Shown: positions 31,166 through 45,639 of the stretch, piece after piece
Numbering within the stretch: the stretch's first letter is position 1
Layout of the letters: each line of letters starts with the position of its first letter
Assembly: GCA_030141605.1 (NCBI GenBank)
Contig: JAQGDQ010000113.1
Span: 549,187 to 613,186 of the forward strand
From: Tubiluchus corallicola
Taxonomy: Eukaryota > Animalia > Priapulida
Length of the DNA stretch: 64,000 nucleotides
Direction of reading: 5' to 3'
The notes under the pieces: model-generated
The model's input: the letters and a program-made list of their open reading frames with translations, nothing else
What the model was told of the DNA's origin: nothing
The model's database searches: none
Made by a program: the position numbers and the translations under genes

Positions 31166-31697
31166 TAAAAAATTAGCTTGTGGTTTTCGTACCAAAAATA
31201 AGATGGCGCCACAGATCAACTAGTGAGTTCTATGGTTTTACAATGAGCTCATCTGACCATTAAAAAAATTATGCGAAGCACACTTTAATATCAACTAAAT
31301 TACTACAGCGTAAAAACGGTAAGAAACTAAACAGTAGCTTCAATTAATAAACTTAATGAAATTCAATGCAATAGGGTCACTGTTTTGCTTATTTTCAAGA
31401 ATACCGTAAAAAATTAAACAGAGTGCTTTTAATTTTCAATGTGTTTATTTCGCATAAAAATATACAGCTTACAAAGACAACAGGATGCTAGTAAAACAGA
31501 TAATGGGATGTTAGTAAAGTAACATATTTACAGAAATTCCACTTTGTAGTATCCACTCATTTCAGTACTCTTGTAATTATATTATAATATGCGGTATTGC
31601 AAGCATCTATCACAGGTATCTTAAAACATAATCTTTAAATGAGCTTTCTACTTTTAACTTTACATTTTCATTTAGATTTACATTTTATTATTTTTAC

Positions 31698-31728
<31 letters not shown>

Positions 31729-34029
31729 GCCATTGTTATTATTATTATTATTATTATTATTAATTGTGCAAAACAAAGTAAATTGCGAGTGTAATGGTTG
31801 CAAAAGTTACGTGCGTCACGGTGCGTGAGTTACAGAAGTCCAATACAGTAATAATGTTAGCTGGTTAGGTCGCATCTGGTTAACCATTATGAGTTTATGA
31901 CTAGAAGCGTGGTTGAGCTGTAAACAAGTAAGCAACCTAATTAAAAACAACCTCTAGTGGCCGTTAAAAAGTATTTTTAGGGAGTTAGTTTAGCTTTTTT
32001 GCACGCTTATGTTCCGCGGACGTTCATTATTTTGTTACTTTTGGGCAAAAGCGTTTGAGAAGAGCTGGGAAGGTTTTAGGGGCCTGGGTGCAGCAGTTTA
32101 GAAAACGAATGTTACAATGATTCATAAAATGTGACAATAAAACTTCATTTGTTACGAGTTTTAATTGAACCCTTCTTTTTTACCCATCAAAATTTGCTTG
32201 TGTGAAAAATCGTTAAACAGTTCTTGTTACTCTTTCCTGAAATCCTATTGTCGACATTTTATGTACATTAATTTATACACTTAAACAATTGCACCAATAA
32301 ATGTAAATTCAAAACTCTAATAATTTTAGTTCGTAATGCATTAGCTGTTTTTTATATGCGTATATTGAGTATTTGTAATATGGTACATGTCTATGTGATC
32401 TGATAGAAAATAAAATAGTAAACAATAAAAAACTTAATGCACAGCCATCAAGCCAACAAATTATCAAATGCGAAGAATAAATATATTAATAGAAAAAATT
32501 ACCTAACAACAAAAGAAACTTAGCAAAACAGCGTTTCAACAACACACAGTAGCTGTCGCCAAGCAGTGAAAGTAAAAAGATATTAAACGTTTAAATAACT
32601 TTAAAATATAATCACAAGAAAGGAACTGCGCTGCATATTATGGAAAACGTGCTTAAGTTCAAAAGGTTTGCTGTTTTGAATAACACCTGTTACTTTATCT
32701 AAAATGAACCTGGACTTCTGCATTATGACATCATAATGACGTAAAGGTAATATTATATTACATTATAATATTATATTTGTATTACTCCACTTTTCCTACT
32801 ATACAAGTTGGTTTTTATGTATGTCAGATGTTTATTTTGTGCATTTTATTTTACTGCACCGTTTCTTCTTGAACACCCTGCACAAGAAACAAAAGAAATA
32901 GGTACTACTTGTTTATTTCAACTTCAACAGTGGTTCATAAAATTCCGTAAATACGCAATTACAGTGCTTTACACGTATGTCACTTTACACGGAAAAATTA
33001 TGTGTGATCAAGGAGCTCACCATGTGTAAGAATCCAGCATTCACCACTCGATGAAATAAGATTTGTTTTGAACAGTGACTTTGATTCATTTTACTTTGTT
33101 AGGAAGATGGAAGTTCGTTGAAAGTCTAATACCTGTATAATGAAATGTTCTTTAATCGTAAAACTATAATCACTATTAAACCAAAACACTATAGATCATA
33201 CAAATTTATAGAAATAAGTCTAACGGGCCTAATTTGAACCCTTGGGAATCCCTTTGCTCATATGAATACTTTCATTGTTTATCTGATTACCTGCTTTCTC
33301 TTAAAGGCAACTTCAAAAGCAGAAGTACACGTTGTTAAAGCTAATCATTTTCATTCATTCCTCATGGTTAGTATTTTGTCCCCTAGATGACGGCAACGTG
33401 ATACACGTGCACCAGGTCTCTCTGAAGCCAAACAGGACCATCAATCTCAACCGCAGCTCTAGCCTAATGGCGCGACCATATTTCCACTCTTTCGGCAATT
33501 TTTATTGACGGGCTAACATCAGAGGCGAATTTTTTGTTAAATTCGATTATAAGATTAAATTCTGTTATAAAAGCAATAGAGAGATTCGCTATAGTTAGCT
33601 GACTGTCCTATTTTTGCACAGTAACCCGGATGCTATATATGGCAAGGCAGCAGTCAGCTGGTTGGCCTGAAATACGAGAGGCAACCTAGACGAAGCCTCA
33701 CCTCACCGTGTTAGACCTAGATAAAATGTAGGCCTAGACAGTTAAGACATTCGAGAATGAAGTTGCTACTTCCGCACAATTATACTTTTCTTTCAATGCA
33801 AATGTTATAGATATTATCAAAATACGAGTGACAAGGTATCTGCCTGATTGCAGAGTGCAAGCATCCGTCTACTTCCGGATCCGTTCGGTAGGGATACCAT
33901 CGAGCACGCTAAGGTAAGCATTTTCGAATAATTATCGTATTTGTAAAATAGCTCTCAATTTTCTCGGACATTATATAAGAATCAGTCAATGTTTTTCGTC
34001 ACTGTTATATATTGGTGATTAAAATATCA

Positions 34030-34232
34030 GTCCAGTGATAACATATTTGACGTCACCGCATGTCCAGTGCTCCATGGTCATATTTCCGCATTCATATATT
34101 TCCATGATAACATTTCGCATCATTGTATCTGTAGTGACCAGTGGTATCATATTTGGCGCTTGGCGCCGTTGCCTGTCCAGTGACATCATATTTGGCAATA
34201 TTACGTCCCCACTAACATCATATGGGGGGGGC
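34030..34232. repeat. Degenerate direct-repeat array
   Basis: About six copies of CCAGTGA(T/C)A(A/T)CATATTTG-like units. Confidence 0.6.
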
Positions 34233-34923
34233 ACGGGTTACGTTTAGGTTTCCTAACTCACTGTTATGAACTCGATCATCGAGGATGTGCATATTTTCAT
34301 GTTCAAAGTAGGTTGAACTCTTCAATTTTTCAGCAATTACTAGCCTAGACTACAAACTAGAACTACTGATGCTAACTTCCCTACTAAGTTTGTAATTAAT
34401 GTAACATTACAGACCTAGCGCAAGCGTATAAGACTTTATAACATGTGAGCGAATCTCAAAAGAGTGAAAGTCACTGGTTGGTTTTGCAGAGTTTACAAAA
34501 ATATAGCCCAAAATCCTGAAAAAGTATTAGCAATGGGGCAAGCTAGATGTGGATGTATAATACGTTCGCGATGTTGCCATGCTATTCTCTTTGTAATTTG
34601 AAAACGTAACTGTAATTTGTAATTAGATGTACAGGAACAAAGGAACGCTTTTCTAGAATAAAGGTTAATCAGGCCTTCTATTTGCACTTAGTACTAGCCC
34701 AGAATGATCAGATTGGCAGGTGAGCGATAAATAGAAAAACTATGATTTCGCCATCTGTTGGAAAGAATGACAACTTTTCCATCGTAGTTACCTCGCATCT
34801 CAGAAAATAATATTTCACCTTGTGAATTTTCAAGACATATTTTTAAGCTTAACTAAGTTATGAAGAACTTAATCTTGTCAAATGTAGCCAGTTGGAAGCT
34901 GTGCATTTGGAGCGTTCTAAAGT

Positions 34924-35460
34924 CATCATCATCATCGTCGTCGTCGTCGTCGTCACCACCATCACCACAACACATTATCATCGTCGTTATCATCATCATC
35001 TTGTTAGTATATTAACATTGTTTTTATGAAAGAATATCGAAGATGTGGGCGCTGTTTCTTGTTGTTACTGCTCTTTCTCTCCGCTTTGCTGCTGGTATAG
35101 TTGCCACTAGTGCTGTTGTTGTTGTGAAGGACTACTCCTCCTACTATTATTATTGCTAATAGTTGCTAGCTGTTGTTACTGTTGCTGCTGTTACTGTTTC
35201 TGTTGCTGATGTTGCTGCTTCTTCTGCCATTCCTTTCTCTTGCTGCTGTTATTGTGGTTACTGCTGTTGCTAAACTTATGCTGTTGAAACTGTTCTTACT
35301 ACTGCTGTGTTTGTCATTGCCATTGCTGCTGCTGCTGCTGCAGCTGATGATGATGATGGCAGTGGCGATGGTAGTGATGTTGGTGCTGTTCTTGCAGTGC
35401 TATTGGTGGTGTTGCTAATTTTGCTGCTACTACTACTGCTACTTAGTGCTACTGTTCTGG
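34924..35460. repeat. Degenerate trinucleotide low-complexity tract (CAT/CGT/GCT/GTT)
   Basis: Directly visible; source of poly-L/A ORFs. Confidence 0.85.
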
Positions 35461-38400
35461 CTAACACAGTGGTGCTCATCTTGAGGACGTGCAAGACTTT
35501 GATTAACGAAGCGGATTGTTATTGAAATAGTTTCAGTACTAATTTTAAGGTGAGTTGAGTAAAACAGATTAGTGACCACGCTGCAAATATGCAAGATTCC
35601 AGTAAAACCAACTCTTTCGAGTTTCTGTGGGCCAGAAAATGTCTCATAGTTCAGTAGATGCCTCCTAGGGCACTCTGATCTTGTTCTGTAACTGAGAGAC
35701 TACGACTAAACTGAGAGATAAACTGGTTGTCTAGTTGATTGTTTTTTATTTCATCTTTTTTCGTTCGTTTGTCTGTAGCCTGTTTCGTTTGTTTTTCCCG
35801 CTCACTCATTCATTTGTTTGTTTTCTCGGTTATTACATATTACATTACGGCATTTGTGCGCTATTTTTGTTTGTCTATTTACTTATTTATTTGCCATAAA
35901 ATAAATAGAATACTTTAATCTACTAACTAGATTCTATTGTTCATATTAAGCCAAATCAACTAATGTTTTTATTTTATTTTTAAATCACTACAATCGTTTT
36001 GTTTTTATTTTATTTTATTTTGTTTTATTTTTATTTTTATTTTCAGCTTCAAATTTTCACATTTTTAACACCATCCATTATTTATGTTGATTACACACGC
36101 ATAGTGTTTCACTAAAACACATTTGATATTCACAAGTTATGCAATTCATTTTAGTGCTAACAGTTACCTAAAGTTTCTTAACCATCGTAGTTCAGTTTAA
36201 ACCACTAGCCAATAATAACAATAATGGATAATAATTGGTACATTTATTGTTTATCAATATTCATATATTTACTGGATTAGAACAGTATAATTAGCAGTTA
36301 AATTTACAACTAGAACAAATAAAACGTAACAAGTATTAAGAGCAAATTAATTCAACAGTACAGTAATTCATATTACAGTTAGTGTAATATAACAGTAATT
36401 GCGTAAAAGATATTGCAGATCAAAGAGTATCCCATGTTCTCATCTTAGAATGAAAACACAGTTCCAAATGCCACCAATATTAAAAGTTGAGCAGCCCTGA
36501 TGGGGCTGATGTAAGAACATCTTCTGCGACGAAATCGAAGACAATTTAGTTGTCTGTGTTAGTAGCAAAGTTCATAGATTCTCATTCTGAATAAATTTCG
36601 TGACTGAACAAATATTTTGTTTAATTAAAGTTTAAATTTGATTATGATGAAATCATGTTTCTCCATCAGTGTTCCGGATCTGGGTCTAACATTGAATTGA
36701 TGCAATCTGTACACTGTTTAATGCAATCAATCCGGCCTTTTTGGGTTGTGATACGCGAGACCCGCAAGGCTTCTCTCTCTGTGTCGCTCTCTATGCTCGC
36801 TCGTATTTGAAGCCAAGTTTCTATTTTCGTTCCTCCACTGAGTTTAGGTTGAACGAAGAGAGTGGTTTCGAGCTGCTATATTGGGACGAAACCCGCAGAC
36901 TTCGGCAGAATCAGAAATGCTTTATTTATAGTAGGACTTTCCAGGAATAATATTAATTACAAGCACAGGAGAAAGTCACTGAGAAGTGCGATTAAACTCG
37001 CAGAGAATATGGTTTGAATGCTTCGTTAATTTCTACATGTTGTTCAGTGTCGTAAAATTGATACAGTAGCTGTAATGTTAAATAAACAAACACACGCACA
37101 CAAATGTTTTTACAATCATTTTTTCCTTTACTTTAAACAAAAACGTCCTTCACAACCTTGAGAGGAAACTGTTGCCTGTAGGAACGTATAATGATAGTAT
37201 GTTTCAAATCAAATTTTAATCTTGTGCCTTTGTATTCCTTGCTTGTTTCTGTTGAATTAGCTTGTGCAAAAAGTGAAACTGTTTGTGTAATATGCTTTTT
37301 AAGAATTTGAAACTGGAATAAGACCACAAGGAATTTTGATTTTTTTCAAGCTTGTTTTATTTAACACACCACTAGCACCCATTCAGCTTTGATATAAGGT
37401 GAAGTGAGGAAATATGGACCCCTTAATTAAACAAAAATTAGATTGTGACCTATACCTATTAGGCTTCAACACTGCAAAAGTGTTTAGTATAGCATGCCAG
37501 CTTTGTATGTACTTTAACATTTGTTGCCTAATTGTACAAATATTAGTAAGAGAAGAAATTCAAAATTTGACCCGAATGGTCCATATCACACCGCTCTGCT
37601 ATTTTGCGCATATCCTAGATATTTTGCGCTGCGACATGCACTAATTTAAGCGCTCAGTTTCTTTTTTCCATTTTTCGTGCTTTAGTGACGTTTTTCAAAC
37701 GGAATAAGCTAGTGACCTTTCTGCAGTGTGTTTTTTTTGTGTTTTAGTTAAGCACATCCAAAAAGACGGCATTTGTTTTAGTGCTTTTCTGTTTTCGTAC
37801 ACGTATTTGCTAGTATTTTGTGCTGCAAGAGTTTTTACTCTTTTAATTAGATACTTTTCTGTCTTGAAAAACTTCCCATTATCCCAGCCTTCTCATTTAT
37901 GGGAAGCTGCCAAATAATTTCTGCAGCCATCCATAGAATTGTCCTGGTTCAGTAGCAGCTATGCAGCTGTGTGGTTACAGAATACCAGAATAGCTTATTT
38001 ACAAATTTGTAAATAAGTTTGCACACATTCTTTTTTATGTTAGTATACTTGATCTATTTACGTCGTCTGTTTTATCTGGACAATCACATTTAAATGGTAC
38101 ATAGTCTCCGTACCCATCCGTAGCGATCACCCATTTACTAACCAAGTTCGGGGTTGCTTACCTTCTAGCCGTGCCACTCAGGTTTTTTGGAAGCGATCTC
38201 TTGTAAATTATGGTGAAAATTTGGAACGCCTAATTAGAATTATAAACGGGATCGATTCCAAAATTCAGATTTTGCTATGCGAATATAACGAGGGTTTTCG
38301 TTGAAGTCACTAAGAATATTGGAACCGCAATTTCTGTTAGTTCAATAATAATTGCTTGAGAGGGCGCCACCAGTGTTGTAACAGTGCTGATAGCAATAAA

Positions 38401-38940
38401 TCATAAATCTGATGCTGACAGCTATCGACAAAGAGAAGCATTTTAAACTGATGTCTCCTTAAGTTAGTTTTTTTCATTTCAAATTGACTTAAACAGTGAC
38501 TACAGAAGCGACATTCTTTTGTTGTAGTATTTGAATACAGACTTTATCCTATCATTAACTTTAACTAACTTTTTCTACTATATTATGCAACATCTACATA
38601 TCAATAACTGATTTTAACGCATGGCAATTTAGAGAGTTAACAGCCTTCTATAGAAGAGCATTTATCATTGACATTATTCCTATTAAGACTGCCCAACTTA
38701 GTATTCTGCTGAGCAGCTTCCGCAAATTGGTCGGTTGTCATCGCACCAGGGATGGAGTTTACAGATTATTGACCAAAGAGTTGCTATGGAGACAGGCCGC
38801 TACCGCCGTCCGAACTGGACTAACGATATTATAGTAAATAAGTGATTGGTATAAGTAATTTGTGTACCTTGTTGACTAGTTTATTTATTTATTTTTATTG
38901 TACAAAGTGCCCCGAACAATGCTAGTCGCTGTTCGTGGTA

Positions 38941-39350
38941 AGGGGTTTTAGACGGTTTAGGTACGTTTCCCTAAAAAGTGTTTCCCAGAAGAAAATTTTC
39001 ACAGAAAAAAAACATTTGCCAAAAAAACAACTTCCCCAAAAATTTTGCCAGAAAAGTTTTTTTCCCGGAAAATATTTTTCCTAGAAAACTCGTTTCACAG
39101 AAAAAGTATTTCCCAGAATTATTTTTAACAGAAATATCGTGGTTGCATTTTTAGTTGCAAGATCTGCTATTTTAGTAGGATAAAGCACTAGTTTTTTTCT
39201 GTTCGTCTCTCTCTCTCCTTCCCTCCTTACCCTCTCATCTTTTCCCTCTCTTCCTCTTTTATTCTCTCCTTCCCTAGCTGTCTCCAATCGTTTTCTCTCT
39301 CCCGCTTTGTCCCTGTATTCCTCCTATTCTCTCTCTTGCGCGCTCTCTTG

Positions 39351-39414
<64 letters not shown>

Positions 39415-39806
39415 CTCTCTCTCCCTCTCTTTTTCTACTTCTAATTAATTTAGAGCGCTTTAACTAAGAGGACTATTAGAATCATTACAAATGACACAAT
39501 GTATCATGCACAGTAGACTGTCACAATGTGACACATTTTAAGCGCGCTTAATTCATGTTGATATTTTTCCCGAAAATTGCAACTCGTTGTTTTCAATGTA
39601 TTCACAGTCACAGCCAGATGTACATCCTGCCTAAATCTGTGAAATAATTCGGCACAGCAGTGAAATAAACTACCCAAAGTGAGATTCCTAAGCAGTCGAG
39701 CTCAGTCACCCAACTAATTAGTTGTCAGGCAAAAAAGTTTACCGTGAAGTTTTATGTCTGAAAATTTTTTCTGGCAAAAAAACTTCTGGGAAACGAGTCT
39801 ACCCCG
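38941..39806. mobile_element. Non-autonomous DNA element with TTTCCCAGAA-type subterminal repeats enclosing a (CT)n tract
   Basis: Left CGTTTCCC..TTTCCCAGAAG repeats are inverted relative to right CTTCTGGGAAACG; similar repeats at ~23965-24080. Confidence 0.5.
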
Positions 39807-41154
39807 TTACGGACTTGCGGTAATACTTCGTGAGGCAAGTAGTAGGGTTTCTGTTTTTTGCTAAGAATTCTGCTGTAAAGACGCCCGAGGGAAAACAAAA
39901 CAAACTAACGCCAATTTGTACAATACAATTACAATAAAGTCGAATTTTGTTCTTGATTGGCAATGTTCTGTTGAATGGTCAAATGCAGATTCAGTTCAGC
40001 TTTACGATCCAAAGCGGAATGTATTAAAATATTAACTTTTTCTGCAAAATCGTCTAAACTGAAGTTGATGTAGGTGCTAGTCTCAACCGATTCTTGGTTG
40101 TTACGTACAATTATTTTAGCTTTATTATTTAATAACTCTATCGTTATTCTATCAATATAATTCTATCGTCAATGCATTAATTATATATCGGTGTTTTGAC
40201 ATTGATTTTCAAGAAAGGATTGTATAAAATCATGTGTCTTACGGTTTTTTCAGCTGTTACTAAAAATCAAGTATTCCGTTACTTTTTCAACGTTATGCAG
40301 GAAGCAAGAAGCTTGATAAGGATCAGAAATTTTCTCTGAATGTGGGCTTGCTTACTGCGCACTGAGCAACCCCATTTATAGTAATTTTGTTTAAATAGTA
40401 ATTTGATTCTTTCCGAGTTTATGTATGTTCACGTTGTTTGAAATCTTTAACTGCTTGAATTACTAAGTTAGGCTTAATGAGCCCGGTTTGTAAGCTAGAC
40501 TTTATAAGTTCAGCTAATGCTTTATTAGTCTTACTTAAATGGCACAATATTATTTATCTAAGTGGCGCAACATTATTTACCAAAGTGAAAAGCAAATTAA
40601 ATACACAACTGTGAGCTCAGTGTCAATTGTGCATAAAGAGTAAATGTGTGTTATATCTTAAAGGGAAAAAAGGTAATTGTAAAGTATGTCCCAAAAATCT
40701 TTCCATTTAAAATTATATTACCTAGCATCACGCTTAACTGCTTAAAAGACTTTCGTAACTAGAAAAGAAAATTGTTAGTAATTTAAAATGTTCGCGCCAA
40801 CTGGTAAAACGTCAATGACTCACCTTCCCAAGTGTGCACAGTGACTCACCAAAAAAGTGTTTTTAGTCAGTTTGTAAAGATACAATATTTTGTTTAGTTG
40901 GTGAAGTGTGCCTCACGAATGCTCTAATCATTTTTCAAATTTTACGCAATGTTATCTAAACTTCTTTCAAACGACCTACCGTCGACATACCTACACTTAA
41001 CGCGGGAGACGAATTTTTCTTAGGTTTATTTAAGTAAATGGCTGTCTTGTGCCTTAAAAGTATATTAAAATTCTTTACACTCAGTCTTAATTTAATCTTA
41101 CTCTACTTTACTAGAACTCGAATGCAGACGTTTTTGTGACTTATATAATAGTAA

Positions 41155-41316
41155 CGGCGCGTTTGGACTAGAGAGTTTTCTCTCGCAATCTGTTTCGCAA
41201 GTTATTACAGACAAGCATTATTCTTGCGAAAACTCTCAGAGAGAACTTGCGAGAGAACTTGCAAAAGAACTTGCGAGGCAACTTGCGAGAGAAAACTCTC
41301 GAGTGTGAACGCGCCC
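41155..41316. mobile_element. PIF/Harbinger-like MITE, copy 2
   Basis: GGCGCGTTTGGACTAGAGAGTTTTCTCTCGCAA...TTGCGAGAGAAAACTCTCGAGTGTGAACGCGCC long TIR; flanked by TAA and TAG. Confidence 0.75.
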
Positions 41317-41368
41317 TAGGTGTGCAAAAGTTAGTAGGAGTAGAAAGAAGTGAAAAGGGCCAATCTTG

Positions 41369-42802
41369 TGAACCTGAATTTGTCGCAAACAAAAACAACG
41401 GCACGAATAAGACGAAAAGAAAAGGGGACAGAAAAAATGTATGTACTGGAAAAAACATGATATATATATATATATACACACACCGGGAATATTCATTTTT
41501 ATTTACTTAATAAAGCAGGGTAAATGCTGCGTTTTTTGTGTTTCTGTTCGAAGAACGTACGACATTTAAACAAATCAAAGATTTAATCAAAATGTAGGAA
41601 CAAGTACTTCGAACAAAGACACAAAATACCTAGTATTTGCTTTGCTTTTCTTAAAGTAAATAAAATAAATATTCCTAGAAGGATAACAGGAGATAATTTT
41701 CATTAACAAGAGTAACTATAATTAACAAAAATTCCAGAGAAAAGGAAAAGAAAAACACGGCGTTACAATCCGCCGGTGTAGATGTGAAAAAGAATAAAAG
41801 CACAAACGATCACTGATACAAATTTTTTGTAGTTTATATTATGAACACATTCTCTGGTAACCGGCAGCAGTAGAAACAAAACCACAGAAGGAAAAATGTA
41901 TCTACTGTTTCACTAAATTTCTAAATTCTTGAAAACTTCTGGGTCTCAGTGTATGGCCATATTCGTGTTGCTCTTATAGGTCATTCTTAATCTGGCTAAC
42001 TGTTTGTGGTGTGTTACATTACTAAAGGTGGTCAGCCACAATTCCGTTTATTTCCAATATACTTGGTTTAAACTTAGTCTAAAAAATAGCACCCATTTAT
42101 AAATTATGGTGCAAAACGATAAAAAATATCAATTATTGAAATATAAACTATAATATGTCAAGAATTATTACCTGGAAAGGATAATTTCGCGTTCGCACGA
42201 TTAGCTTTTCACTATTGCAAGCGTTTCGCCATTCGTTAATTAAATAGGCAACAAGGCTTACATATGAAAAATACGTGGCGCAAAAAATAAGCGCTGCATC
42301 TGGTCGTACATTATATATATATAATATATATATATATATATAATATATATATATATATCAAATATATATCAAGTATATATATATCAAATATATATATATA
42401 TATATATTGGAAAACACTGTGATTTGTGGGATTTTTAGTAATTTTAGAAAAACAGAAAAACTTGTGAGATTTTTAGTAAATGTAGTTACTCTTATTAACG
42501 AAGATTGTCTCCTGTTGTCCTTCTGGGAATATTTATTTTAGTTACTTTAAGAAAAGAAAAGCAAATTTTGTATACTTTGTGTCTTTGTTCGAATTTATTG
42601 TGGCTACATTTTGATTAAATCTTTGAGTTTTTAAATGCCGCACGTTCTTCGAACAGAAACACAAGAAACACAGTATTTACTTTGTTTTTTTAATATATGT
42701 ACTAGAAAGAAAAGAAAATATATGTACATATATCTTTTCTGTCCCTTTTTTCTTTTCGTCTCATTCGCGCCGTTGTTTTTGTTTGCGACAAATTCAAGTT
42801 CA
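41369..42802. repeat. Diverged ~330 bp inverted repeat pair (41369-41718 and 42483-42802)
   Basis: GAATTTGTCGCAAACAAAAACAACGGC...AAGAGTAACTA is reverse-complementary to the right arm with scattered mismatches; the spacer has (TA)n. Confidence 0.85.
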
Positions 42803-43002
42803 AAAACATGTATGACGTACTCAATATATATATATATTTGTATTGAGTAATGAGCAATACACAACATCGTAAGATACTTAGATCAGACTAAGATTTACGT
42901 CTAAAACCTGCTTATACTGGTTTAAACCTACGTTCTTGAACACTAGCCCTTCGCCAAGACAAACCGTGGTGTTACAATTCGTGCTAGTATCACACATACG
43001 TG

Positions 43003-43041
<39 letters not shown>

Positions 43042-43968
43042 ACACAGTTCACTTATGACGTGGCACACAGTCTCGTAGCTCAGCAACAAACTTGGATTTT
43101 ACTTTGTAAGTATAAAACTTGCCGAATTTGTGCAGTAGCGCCGTATTTTTAAATTCTTGGTCTCACAAACACGTTCGTGACTATTTCTGCTGCTAAAAAT
43201 TGCGTTCAGTTGTGATACTATTAATTTTCTAAGTTAATATTAATTATCAGAAGCATTTTGGCATTATCATACTTGTAAAAGAGTACTTTTTATCTTACTT
43301 TAAGAACCAGAAAAATCGTGCTGTTCACATTTTAAATCTTTATTAAAATTTATTTTTTTATTTAAGCTTTTTGTAATTTATTAACAGTGAGAACGAAAAA
43401 GCAAATTTGCTACCTCGAATTTATAACAAGCATAAAAGAAAAAAGAAAAATAAACAAAGATTATTATAATATTATTTGTTTACTAGTGGTCATGTTTTAG
43501 TTAAGCCTTTCGTATTTTCATGTTTGTCTGAAATGAAAAAAAACAAAAAGATCACTTTTTATTACCTGACAGTATAAACTTTGCAAAATTATATAGCGCT
43601 TTCTCGATACACGAACAATTTACACACTAGTCTAAAAAGAACTAACCCTGCGATGCTTTTCCCCAAGCCTGTAAATTATTAAAGAAATTTGCAGAATTTT
43701 TCACAGAGTTCTGAATTCTGTGGCGCTTTCCATCTAAGCTTTCCAATTCGACCTGAGGCGAGCCATAAATGTATCAGCGGTTACATGGGTAAAACTACAC
43801 GTCTAAGTGCCCAAAGAAAAACTATATAGATTCTTTTTTAGAAAAAAGGTTTTTTGTTTATGTACCTACCGTTGTAGTTTCCATTTATTACTTTGTGATA
43901 TTCTGAAGCAAAACTTTTGATATTATAACTGTGAGTTACATAAAAGCAATCTTTATTGTTATTATTAT

Positions 43969-43993
43969 GATCATCATCATCATCATCATCATC

Positions 43994-44049
<56 letters not shown>

Positions 44050-44063
44050 TATTATTATTATTA
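43969..44063. repeat. (CAT)n/(TAT)n microsatellite
   Basis: Directly visible. Confidence 0.95.
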
Positions 44064-45639
44064 TCGTATATATTAATTTCGGTGGCATGTGTATATATAT
44101 ATATAGCCATATGCCATGTGGATATATATATCAATGAGTAAATATATAAACGACCAACCTACAGCTCTAACGGTTAGCTATAACTAAATAATTATGAATG
44201 TAGGTGTGAGTCAGGTAGTCAGCTTCAGGACGATCTATTGGTGCTCAAGTTGTTTTGTGGTTCCTTGATAAAAGTATATATGAAAGGAATAACAACAATG
44301 ACAACCGACAATGACAAGCAACAATGACAACGACAGCAACAATAGATACTACTGCAACAAAAACAGCAGCAGTAACGATGACAACAACAATAATAGGAAT
44401 CGGGAAGCTATCAATGTCTTTTGTATACATTTTTACTAAAATTGTCATCCATTATCTAGGACCTGACTTGATTTTATTAGATTTCTACTGTTGAAGACGT
44501 CTAAGACTCTGAGTAGTTCTAGCTCTGTGCATAATGAATCTTCAAAACTTTATCAACGCCGTCAGCAGATGACACACCATGCTAGTCTAATCTTCAGTAT
44601 CCTGCCTTGTAGATTGTTTGTTTAGCTGTTTGGCAAAAATTTGCAAAGCCGAAGGAACTGCTACAACTTGTCTATAAGCATGTTCTTATGCCAAAGACGT
44701 TCATTTCGCGGCATGCTGGTAAGAAGTCATTCAGCTTTCCTTCCAAAAAGGCATAACACACGTGTACAAGTGTCAAACACTTTGCAGAAATGACAAACCC
44801 GAAAGTCTACCAATGAACAACAATAAGGATGATAAAAACAATGGTTAGTACGTTGGCTTGTCGTTTGCCCATATGGGTTTGTGCCAAACTAAATTACAAA
44901 TCAATTATTGATCGCGAGGAAAAGCTAAGAAAATTGAAACTCTAGTGTGGTATTTGTAGAAAACAAAAGAAATCCTTCATGATTCCTTTGCTGTGTACAG
45001 TTTTGTTAATAATCACAAATATCCATAAACATAGTCAGAAAGCCATGCCATGCATTTCTGTTCGTGTGTTTGAATTTTGTAAATGTACGTGTGTCTGTAC
45101 TTATAGAAATACAAATCTCCTTGTACTTAGCGTGAACTGTCATAAATTAAACCGTTATGGTTTACTATAAATTTCGTGCAGAACGCCTGCGTCTAAGAAA
45201 GTTACACTGAGCCGCAGGCAGCCATTTTACATTCGTTGTAAGAAAGACGCCAAGAACTTCACGAATTTACGACTAAAACAAAAATGATAAATAAAAATAT
45301 AAAACGTTCTGACTTTCAAAAACGCATCATGCGTAAACAGGTCGTATCAGGTTGTAGGCTTCTCCTTCCGATACGCACGGAGCGCATATTACAAATAGGT
45401 TTTGACTGGCTTCATTACAGGGGAGGAGAGTTCACGAAGTTCAACAACTTTCTATGGACTTTAAGCGACCCCTTTGGATAATTATCACGCAGTTTCTTTT
45501 CCCGAAAACGCAAAAATTACATCTCGTCTACTGCAGCCTGGACTAGTACAGCGTTTGGAATTTCTACAAAAATTCCAGTGTCTTTGTCGCTAACACATGT
45601 TCTCCTGTTGGGGAGGCAATCTTACTTTTCCGCTCTGCG

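Noticed and set aside
42215-42250. Hammerhead ribozyme near GCGAAACGC (minus)
   Set aside because: No intact CUGANGA core or supporting stems.
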